Origin: Paraspadella gotoi
Lineage: Eukaryota > Animalia > Chaetognatha
DNA: 8,418 nucleotides
NCBI GenBank assembly: GCA_051294375.1
Contig: JBJCIZ010000220.1
Span: forward strand, 14,263 to 22,680
Direction of reading: 5' to 3'
The notes under the pieces: generated by a model
Databases searched by the model: none
Told to the model about the DNA's origin: nothing
Seen by the model: the letters and a program-made list of their open reading frames with translations, nothing else
Shown: positions 1 to 7,021 of the stretch, one piece after another
Position numbering within the stretch: the first letter of the stretch is position 1
Layout: every line of letters starts with the position of its first letter
Position numbers and translations under genes: made by a program

Positions 1-536
1 TTCCTCAAAGCATAATTTTCTGAATGATATGAAAACATCAAGTAATAATGTATTGTCGAGATTTAGATAATAATCATGATAATTCGCCAGAAAAGTCCAG
101 GACAGAATTGCCGTTTTTCAGTAGCCCTTTCTAATCTTCAAAAACAATCTGTTGTTCACATTTTATCAATAGTCCTTCCCAATTCCATCTCCTTGTGGGA
201 AAATTTTCTTTCTTAAACTCGTTCCACTTTTCCCATTCAGTACCAATTTATTCCACATATCTTTTGCAAATATATAATTTTCTTGTGAAATTGGCTCATC
301 TTTCAAAAAATCAGTAAAGCATTCAATTGCAGGAAATTCTGTTTCCCCCATTTTATGACTCGAAACCACAATATGCGGAAAAAATCTCTGTTTTTAGCAA
401 CTTTGTATGGTATAATTATCATGTAATAATCCTTAACCAAATCATTTGTTGCTGCAAAAAACTTCTCCAATTTCCGTCCCTTCTTTATTTCACCTTTTAA
501 TGATATTACCAAGTTTGCTAATTTGTCTGACAAAAA
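1..536 (-). CDS. polB: Continuation of pPolB exonuclease domain, frameshifted, truncated by window edge
   Basis: Successive frames read FLSDKLANLVISL (family F.SLDKLV..L), then KQRFFPHIVVSSHKMGETEFPAIECFTDFLKDEPISQENYIFAKDMWNKL (family KG.FPY...ET.LP....F...L....IS...Y..A...W), then LANYHDYYLNLDNTLLLDVFISFRKLCFEE at ~90-1 (ExoIII, family Y.DLYL..DV.LL.DVFE.FR). Confidence 0.88.
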
Positions 537-3172
537 TGAATAGTGTCCAAAAATTCGAATTTTCTTATAATGATACATGACTCCCCTTTTCCTTTTCCTT
601 TTTTAATACCATCAATGTCAATTCCATCAATGAAAAGAACTCTACAAATACTTCTAAATCCAATGATAAATATTTTCTTTGACTGGAGGGCAATAGGTTT
701 AATATCCTTAAAAATAGGATGATCAGAATTCCTCTCTTGTTGTTCAACTATTGCCCTCACTATATAGTGCATATCAAAGTGTTTTGCACAATGTGCTAAG
801 ACAATATGTGGTGACATATCTTGATATCTCATATTACATTTTGAATGGAGTGCATTAAGATATTTACCAGAAATATGACAATGATTTCGGACTTTAACAT
901 CTCCTTTTTGTTCAGGATTATCTATAAATTCTTCCCCACACATTTGACAAATTTTAGACTCTTGAAAATTGTTTTCTTCTTCATCATTCAATTTTGGTTT
1001 TCTATTATGATCACGAATTTTTCTAATATCTGAATTAATAATCCTTGCATGATCTGTCAATGTCATTAATGATTTAATCACACAGTATGGACCATATTCA
1101 ATTGGAGATGTAAATTTCCTTGTTTTTGCTAATCTTATTTCATATGGATCTTTTTCCCCTTTATCTTCAAATAATCCTCTAGTCATAACCTTGCATGACT
1201 CTGCAGGCATTTTTTGTTCAGTGCCATTCACTGTGGCAACTTTGACTGGATCATATGATGTCTCTATATCCAATACTGAAATATGAGTTTTTCGCAGAGA
1301 TTCATGAAATGATTTATATTTATATTGTGGTGGTTTTCCATCAATTAAAGAAGGTAATTTCATTTGCTGTTTCATTTTATTTACTGAAAAGCAATCTTTT
1401 TCATGTTTTAACAAACCCAATGCTGATATGGAATTATGATAGCATGCGGTGCATAAATATTTTCGTTTTGTATTGGTGGATATTTTACATAACATCATTT
1501 GTAAATCAATAATCAAAGCATAATGATCTTGGTAAAATAATAAATTAATATTGTTTCTTTCTCTTGCTTCCACAACTTCCTCAGCTATTTCCTCACATTT
1601 TCCACAAACACATTCCCGCTTTTTACTTTCCCGTCCTTCTTTAAAACATGATGTAAATGAAATATTAGAATAAATTTCTTCGGGATAATCACTATTGTCT
1701 GAATACATATTAAACAAAATATTTTTATCTTCTTCAAATCCAATCACATTTATTCTTGCTTTTATCTGTAGTCGTTTCTTCAACATTTGAATTTTACTTC
1801 TACTCACAGGAAATGGAAATGGTAATTCTTGAGATTGATTTTTCATCCTCTCCACAATTTCTCCATATTCTTCCACTAACTTTTCTCCTTTAATGCTGTC
1901 AGGATTAGCACCAATCTTTTTCAAATTCATCTTCCCTTTTCCATATTCTTTTTCCCATATAGCCAAATTCCACAATATGCAGTAGTCATCATTATTCATT
2001 GGGTTAATTACATTTAACTGTTGATATTGACCAGTCATTTTTTGCTTTAAATTATTTGAAGGTAATGAATACCCACATCCATTTAATGGATCAGATTGAA
2101 CAAACTCAAAGCAATGACTCACAATATCAACAATAGACCATCCAGATCCCTTACTTATATAATCTTCAATTTTTTCACTTATTTTCTCTACATTTTTTTC
2201 CATATATGATTCAATTTCATCAATATTACCAATATTAAATCTAACAGTGCTGGTTCTAAACCATGACAAAGCATTTTCCTTTTCAGCTTCTCCATTTATT
2301 CTTTCAAAAAGAACAGCAGAGGTATAGCCCACACTTATCTCCTTTTTTTCTTTAATTTCTTTACTCAATCTTTCTTTCATCTTTCCTTGAACATTAGAAA
2401 AAGACTTTTCATATGTTGTTGCAATTTCTTTTTCTTGAAAACGTATTTCCATATGCTTCCCCTTCTGTGTTGTTCTTTCTATAATCAAGATTTGTTCCAA
2501 CTCATGAGAATCTCCATCTTTTTCTTTACCAATACATTTTCTGAAATGTGATTGTCTTTCAATTTTATCATCACCTATTTCTTTAAAACAATGTTGACAT
2601 TTATTTTCTTGAAAATCCTTCCCTTTGTATCCGTCATCTTCTCCATTTTTATCTCCATCACCAGCACCAGCACCAGCACCAACTTGATTTTTTACCAATA
2701 TATTAATTTCTTTTTTATACACCTTGTATACATTTTCATACCAATTTTCCATCTTAGAATGCACTTGCTCTCCATGTCTTTTTTTTCTACTTTCATAATT
2801 CATATTTACAAATTTAATAGCTTTACATGAAATGCAATAAATATCCGTCAATAAGGCATGAGATTTGGTAAAATGTTTCATTTTTTCCATCTTACTGGTG
2901 AAAATTAAATTGGGGCAGCACTCACATATTATGAAATTATCAAAATCAATTGAAAATGGAGTTAATGTCTTCCAGTGATGATTCTTGTTATCATTCATAT
3001 GAATCAACTTTGCATTAATATTTGAAAATTTCTTAGAACAATTTTCCACATCGCATATTAGAGAATTAACATTTATAATGACCTTTTTTCCATTTCTTAA
3101 ATTTTTTTGTTTTTTGCATTTGTCATTTGAATTCTTTGATTTATCAAATGAGATGGGAGAGAAGGAGGAATC
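518..3172 (-). CDS. polB: Protein-primed DNA polymerase B, main open frame: zinc fingers, terminal-protein-like region, vOTU-like protease, exonuclease with endonuclease-VII-like insert
   Basis: Motifs in expected order: KGSGWSIVDI (~2150), VINPMNNDDYCILWNL (Cys 1981-1979), FPFPV, INVIGF, INLLFYQDHYALI (His 1525-1523), KYLCTACYH...HEKDC, ExoI VLDIET (~1270), CQMCGEEF...KVRNHCHISGKYLNALHSKCN (~950-835), ExoII AHCAKHFDMHYI (~795-765), FEFLDT (~550). The GTG at 3049 is unlikely to be the start: the frame is open to 3172 and GTG lies inside a zinc finger (ICDVENCSKKF...H). Confidence 0.92.
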   Translation of the reverse strand, partial: DSSFSPISFDKSKNSNDKCKKQKNLRNGKKVIINVNSLICDVENCSKKFSNINAKLIHMNDNKNHHWKTLTPFSIDFDNFIICECCPNLIFTSKMEKMKHFTKSHALLTDIYCISCKAIKFVNMNYESRKKRHGEQVHSKMENWYENVYKVYKKEINILVKNQVGAGAGAGDGDKNGEDDGYKGKDFQENKCQHCFKEIGDDKIERQSHFRKCIGKEKDGDSHELEQILIIERTTQKGKHMEIRFQEKEIATTYEKSFSNVQGKMKERLSKEIKEKKEISVGYTSAVLFERINGEAEKENALSWFRTSTVRFNIGNIDEIESYMEKNVEKISEKIEDYISKGSGWSIVDIVSHCFEFVQSDPLNGCGYSLPSNNLKQKMTGQYQQLNVINPMNNDDYCILWNLAIWEKEYGKGKMNLKKIGANPDSIKGEKLVEEYGEIVERMKNQSQELPFPFPVSRSKIQMLKKRLQIKARINVIGFEEDKNILFNMYSDNSDYPEEIYSNISFTSCFKEGRESKKRECVCGKCEEIAEEVVEARERNNINLLFYQDHYALIIDLQMMLCKISTNTKRKYLCTACYHNSISALGLLKHEKDCFSVNKMKQQMKLPSLIDGKPPQYKYKSFHESLRKTHISVLDIETSYDPVKVATVNGTEQKMPAESCKVMTRGLFEDKGEKDPYEIRLAKTRKFTSPIEYGPYCVIKSLMTLTDHARIINSDIRKIRDHNRKPKLNDEEENNFQESKICQMCGEEFIDNPEQKGDVKVRNHCHISGKYLNALHSKCNMRYQDMSPHIVLAHCAKHFDMHYIVRAIVEQQERNSDHPIFKDIKPIALQSKKIFIIGFRSICRVLFIDGIDIDGIKKGKGKGESCIIIRKFEFLDTIHFCQTN

Positions 3173-4238
3173 TCATGTGTATCATTAATATCATTAGACG
3201 TCTTTGATTTATCTGAGAAAAATGATTTTGAATGCTCACTAGAGGGTGATGAATTGATCTTCTCAGGAAAGGAAAAATTGTTGGAAAACAAATCGAATCC
3301 ATCTTCACCTCCAAAAAAGTATGTGTCTTTGTTTGGCATACATGGATTGGGAAATAGTGGAAATAATTTTTGTAAAGTGTTTCCATCAATGGAATCATCA
3401 AAAATCATAAGTTCATAGTGCCTCTGATAGTATTTGAAAAAGAGAACTGGTAACTCTCTTTTTTTATTATAATGAAGAATACTTTGAATTACAACAACTC
3501 ATTGTTTTTCAAGAGAGAAATAATTGTGTGTATATTAAAGATATATGAAAAAGTAATTATTGACTCTTCTCCAAGCCACTCTCCCCATATTTTTATATCA
3601 TGTATCAATTGTTTTGATGCATTTTTCCAAACATTTTCATAGGTGTGAGATAAAAAATTTCGAAATTCTGCAACATCTTCAATCATTTTCAACTCAGACT
3701 CACTTTTGTTCAGTACTTTATCATTTAAATATTTTAATCCTTGTATCATTGAAAGTGGTAGACAATTTCCCATTCCTTCATTTGCAACAACATGAAAGTG
3801 AAATCCTCCAATCAATATCCCCTTGTGAATAATTTCCACTTTACTTTTATCATCAATATTACTAAATATTTGATTCCATTTCCTCTGATAATTCACACTT
3901 ATTTTATCTTTAGAAAAGTAGTTAAAAATCTTTTGTTTCCTCACCAGTGAATAGTTGAGCGCTGGATGATCATGAAATGCACTTGATTCCTCAAGCATTT
4001 CATTCAGAGGACGAGTTGGTTGTGATTTTGGATCCAAAATTGACAAATCATTAAATGGAAGAGGTGAAAATTGTGGATCCTGATTAGGTGAGGGGTCGAA
4101 TTTTTTGAAATCCCAATCACGTGGAGAAAATTGTGGATCTTGAGTAGATGACCATTGACCAAAGCACTTGACTCCTCTTCCATGCCACATCCCCATGCAG
4201 ATGATTTTTCTTGCTCAAGAAATCTTCGTGAAAATTGA
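3146..4238 (-). CDS. N-terminal extension of the pPolB polyprotein (start of putative exon 5): disordered repeats, OTU domain, Ser-rich linker
   Basis: The frames of ORFs 4004..4282, 3489..4196, 3097..3408 and 518..3049 follow each other by -1 steps. Peptide repeats span the junctions: EKSSAW/EESSAL versus EESSAF, and DKSKTSND versus DKSKNSND. Confidence 0.62.
3400..3800 (-). CDS. OTU-family cysteine protease/deubiquitinase domain, split by a frameshift at ~3500-3491
   Basis: VVANEGMGNCLPLSM (cf. GDGNCL; Cys 3764-3762), EFRNFL helix, GEWLGEESIITFSYIFNIHTII (cf. WGG.E...S..L...I). After a -1 shift, LPVLFFKYYQRHYELM (His 3420-3418), in frame with ORF 3097..3408. Confidence 0.8.
4066..4139 (-). 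repeat. Coding direct repeat (QDPQFSP x2, 60-nt spacing)
   Basis: gaaaattgtggatc at 4066-4079 and 4126-4139. Confidence 0.85.
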
Positions 4239-4396
4239 CTGAAAACGGAAAAGAAAAAAATTAATACAAACAACATTTTCATATTTTATTTATATATCCA
4301 CCACACCCTTTCTCCCCTATCCAACCATTCTAATGATCATTAACCATTAACCAAGTAAAACAACTTTTTTAACATACTTACTTCCTTTAATCATAC
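4239..4396 (-). other. Putative intron 4 (158 nt, phase 2)
   Basis: GTATGA donor at 4396 (a second, GTAAGT, at 4381 lies past the stop). Long T-rich tract ending cttttccgttttCAG. Splicing gives in-frame QKRR-QFSRRFLEQE. Confidence 0.55.
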
Positions 4397-4738
4397 CGTC
4401 TCTTTTGAGTTGGAAGTGTTGTGGCAGTATTCGTCTTTTGATGGAGGCGCGTGTGGCTGCAGTGTCCGAAGTGGTGATGGTCTTGAGTTGATTGAGAGTG
4501 ACTGGTTGTGCGGGAGGTCGTTGGTTGTGTTCTGAGGTGAGCGGTGTGTGAGGTCTGGGTGGAAGATTCTGGTTGTGTTTGGGTCAGTATGGGAGAGTGA
4601 GCGTGGCGTGAGGGAGGCTCGATTGCGTTCGGGCTATTTGGCTCACGCTTTTTGTCCTTTTTTTTTATCCTTTTTTTTCTTTTTTTTTTGCTTATCATTC
4701 TTGCTTCTCTTTCTTCCTGCCTCTCTTTCCTTGTTTCA
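4397..4738 (-). CDS. Putative exon 4: basic NLS-like stretch plus S/T/H/P/Q-rich disordered region
   Basis: Frame of ORF 4387..4698, open upstream (ETRKERQEEREARMISKKKRKK...). Ends at CG|GTATGA just before its stop. Confidence 0.5.
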
Positions 4739-4794
4739 CTTTCTGTCTTCTTTTTTTGTTAAATTTTTTTTCTCTTGTGTTTTTTATTCCTTAC
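4739..4794 (-). other. Putative intron 3 (A-rich, ~45-56 nt; acceptor uncertain)
   Basis: GTAAGG donor and branch-like TTAAC. The AG ending at 4739 is phase-compatible; AGs ending at 4750 or 4743 would need an indel nearby. No pyrimidine tract. Confidence 0.35.
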
Positions 4795-4939
4795 CCAAAC
4801 TCGCCTAATCCCTCTTCTCTTCTTTTTTCTCGATTTTTTTTCTTCCCGATCTTATTCTTTTTTTTCCTATTTTCTATTCTCCTCCTCTCCACAGTTTCTA
4901 TTCGCTCCGCCACTATACCTTTCTCCATACACCAACCCA
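4795..4939 (-). CDS. Putative exon 3 (LGWCMEKGIVAERIETVERRRIENRKKKNKIGKKKNREKRREEGLGEF)
   Basis: Open frame whose TAA lies within a GTAAGG donor (4794-4789). Confidence 0.5.
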
Positions 4940-5003
4940 CTAAATAATATTATTCATAAAACCCAACAAATTCATATTTTTTAAACAAACTCTCTTTTCA
5001 TAC
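4940..5003 (-). other. Putative intron 2 (64 nt, phase 1)
   Basis: GTATGA...aatattatttAG. Splicing gives in-frame VER-LGWCMEKGIVAE. Confidence 0.5.
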
Positions 5004-5095
5004 ATCTTTCAACTCCATCCTTCTCATTTCTATCCTTGTCTTCATCCTTTTGCAATTTCTGAATATTAGTGAATTCAGAAAAAAGAGCAGGGTAT
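5004..5095 (-). CDS. Putative exon 2 (YPALFSEFTNIQKLQKDEDKDRNEKDGVER)
   Basis: 92 nt, open and phase-compatible on both sides; followed by GTATGA. Confidence 0.55.
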
Positions 5096-5253
5096 CTAAA
5101 AATAAATAAAATGAATAATTAAATCAAAAAGTTTCATATTTAAATCACATTAATAATAATTATTATTATTTAATTATCATTACTAAATAATAATCACATT
5201 ATTCATATTGATAATATTATATTAACTACAATAAATAATTTGAAATAACTTAC
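5096..5253 (-). other. Putative spliceosomal intron 1 (158 nt, phase 2)
   Basis: GTAAGT...ttttatttatttttAG, almost pure A/T. Splicing gives in-frame KKSK-YPALFSEF. Confidence 0.65.
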
Positions 5254-5507
5254 TTGCTCTTTTTTTCCTCATGATTTCGCGGTTTTGCTTTTAGCTTCAA
5301 ACGTTTTTGTTTAGTTATTAGCAGACTTTTTTCTAGAAGAGAATTTTCTTTTTCCTCCTTTTCTTTTTTTTCTTTTTCAACCAAAAGTTTTTGTCTTTTT
5401 TTTTCAATTTCATTGAGTTCCTCATCTATTTTTCGTTTTTCTTCTTTTATTTTTGTATTTTTTTCAACACATTGATTTAAACCTTCACTTAATTGTGAAA
5501 GATCCAT
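5254..5507 (-). CDS. Putative exon 1: E/K-rich coiled coil (MDLSQLSEGLNQ...EEKKS)
   Basis: ATG at 5507 in AAAATGG context after a T-rich leader. Coiled-coil-like composition. The ORF's TAA lies within a GTAAGT donor (5253-5248). Confidence 0.65.
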
Positions 5508-5749
5508 TTTAAAAAAAATATTTGATGAAAAATATTTTTTTAAATAAAATTTGTAACCAAAAAATATTTTGTGAGATTTGCGCAAAGTTTTGGAAGAAAA
5601 ATAGTTTATCAGAAAAATACGCGAGTTTTAGACTGAAGATATTTTAGAAGAAAATCCAAAGCTTCCGAATAAAAACTTCAGTTGAATCGCAAATCCCAGT
5701 TCATGCATATCTAACAGTTATGAAACATTCTAGAAAGAAACAAGTGCCT

Positions 5750-5880
5750 GAACGCCTGTCTTCGCATTTTTTCCTTCTCCTCTGCCTGTTCCATCCCACG
5801 CCATGACGCCACTTCAAGACACGCGGCGAATCGTCCATACCACTGTTTCGCTTCGTTAACTTCGCTTCACAGCTGTAGTC
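5750..5880. promoter_or_regulatory. CpG-enriched patch ~250-370 nt upstream of exon 1 ATG; candidate promoter
   Basis: Local CpG cluster (acgccatgacgcca, acgcggcg, ttcgcttc at 5847-5854 and 5861-5868) against an AT-rich background; position 5' of the gene. Confidence 0.35.
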
Positions 5881-5939
5881 CTTTCTCCCTTTGATTATTG
5901 CTTCCTCACGACTCCCTCTTTCCTTTCTTACTTAACAAA

Positions 5940-6610
5940 AAGCTCTCCTCTCACTCTCCTCCTCCTCCTCTTCTCAGCTCATCTCTATCCACTGAGCCAG
6001 ACATCAATCACGACGACTTCACGCCAATCTTGGAAGATTTCCACTCTCTCACGCTCATCTCTTCTCCCCTCTCCTCTCCCTCTATTTCGTCTCCCTTATG
6101 CCTTTCTCCCTCTCTCTCTCCCGCCTTCTCACCTCCCTCCTCCTCCCCCTCTCTCTCTCCCTCTCTCTCACCCTCCCTCTCTCTCCCTCTCTCTCCCTCA
6201 ATATTTTTCTCTCTCTCTTCTCCCTCTCTACCTCTCTCTCTCCTTCCTTTCTCTCTCCCTCTCTCTCTCCCTCTCTCCCGTGACTTCACGCCAATCTTGA
6301 AGGCTTTTTAGAGTGACAGAGACATTAATCACAGTGACTTCACGCCAATCTTTGAAGACTTCACAGAAACCGACATGACTCACGTGATTTACGGAGAATC
6401 ATGTCTCTCTCTCTATCTCTCCCTCTCTCCCTCTACTCTCTCTCTCTCTGCCCTTCCTCTCTCTCTCTCTCATTCTCTCTCTCCCTCTCTCTCTCTCCCT
6501 CTCTCCTCTCCCTCTCTCTCCCCTCTCTTCCTCTCTCTCTCTCCCTCCTCTCTCCCTCTCTCTCTCCCTCTCTCTCCTCTCTCTCTCCCTCTTCTCTCCC
6601 TCTCTCTCCC
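5940..6610 (+). repeat. Degenerate CT/CCT low-complexity polypyrimidine tracts
   Basis: Near-pure C/T at ~6060-6278 and ~6404-6610. Confidence 0.95.
6000..6362 (+). repeat. Dispersed repeat with invariant 17-bp core GACTTCACGCCAATCTT (3 copies)
   Basis: Cores at 6015-6031, 6282-6298, 6336-6352. Copies 1 and 3 extend to 42 bp (6000-6041, 6321-6362; 36/42 identical). Confidence 0.9.
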
Positions 6611-6739
6611 TCGATCAAGATTGTCCTTAAAATCTCGATCGATCCTTCGGGAAGGAAACATCAATGAGGAGGAGGAGGAGGAAGAAGAGAGGAGGGAGGG
6701 ATAAATTACCCTCATGGTCCATTCCCTTTATTTTCTTAT

Positions 6740-6803
6740 GTCTGGTTTAAAGGGACAGAAATACATAACATCGACCTTTCCCCCGTCTGGTTTAAAGGGA
6801 CAG
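6740..6803 (+). repeat. Perfect 19-bp direct repeat GTCTGGTTTAAAGGGACAG x2
   Basis: 6740-6758 and 6785-6803, 45-nt period. Confidence 0.92.
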
Positions 6804-6856
6804 GGATTACAGACATTCTACATTCCTACTCTGTTAGGCACGAACGGAGGCAGACC

Positions 6857-6941
6857 GAGGAGGGGTAATTATGAGGGAAAAGGGGAGGGGAACATGTAGG
6901 GAAGGAGGAGGGAGGAGGGTAATTATAAGAGGGAAAGGGGA
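6857..6941 (+). repeat. Imperfect ~30-bp direct repeat with GGGTAATTAT core
   Basis: gaggaggggtaattatgagggaaaagggga (6857-6886) and gaggagggtaattataagagggaaagggga (6912-6941). Confidence 0.8.
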
Positions 6942-6951
6942 TGTGAAAAGA

Positions 6952-6976
6952 AGAGAGAGAGAGAGACGAGAGAGAG

Positions 6977-7018
<42 letters not shown>
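6952..7018 (+). repeat. (GA)n microsatellite with two C interruptions
   Basis: Directly visible. Confidence 0.97.

Positions 7019-7021
<3 letters not shown>

Larger units (their letters stand above)
1..5507 (-). mobile_element. Part of a Polinton/Maverick/adintovirus-like element (endogenous DNA virus or self-synthesizing transposon), or a gene derived from one; boundaries unknown
   Basis: Contains a pPolB gene with the family's motif order. No integrase, capsid or packaging ATPase gene, TIR or target-site duplication is visible here, so element status is inferred from the polymerase alone. Confidence 0.65.

Noticed and set aside
3144-3401. ORF 3144..3401 (85 aa, minus strand)
   Set aside because: Overlapping alternative frame of 3097..3408, which is the frame carrying the OTU His motif and the DKSKxSND repeat.
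1-4238. Alternative genetic code as the cause of the broken ORFs
   Set aside because: Conserved motifs continue in different frames rather than through stops, and the 2.6-kb main frame has no TAA, TAG or TGA.
4239-4282. Signal-peptide-like MKMLFVLIFFFSVFS
   Set aside because: It coincides with the polypyrimidine tract and CAG acceptor of putative intron 4, so it is better explained as translated intron.
845-4984. Plus-strand ORFs 845..1033, 1255..1512, 2552..2830, 3560..3832, 4548..4808, 4756..4947, 4775..4984
   Set aside because: F/I/L-rich antisense shadows of the K/E-rich minus-strand gene.
5057-5080. 8-bp inverted repeat TTCTGAAT/ATTCAGAA
   Set aside because: Short, AT-rich and inside putative exon 2; compatible with chance.
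5508-5585. N-terminal 26 aa of ORF 5250..5585
   Set aside because: Non-ATG start and T-rich UTR-like composition; ATG 5507 is the better start.
6015-6803. CRISPR-like reading of the 17-bp and 19-bp repeats
   Set aside because: Too few and too short, irregular spacing, low-complexity spacers, eukaryotic context, no cas genes.
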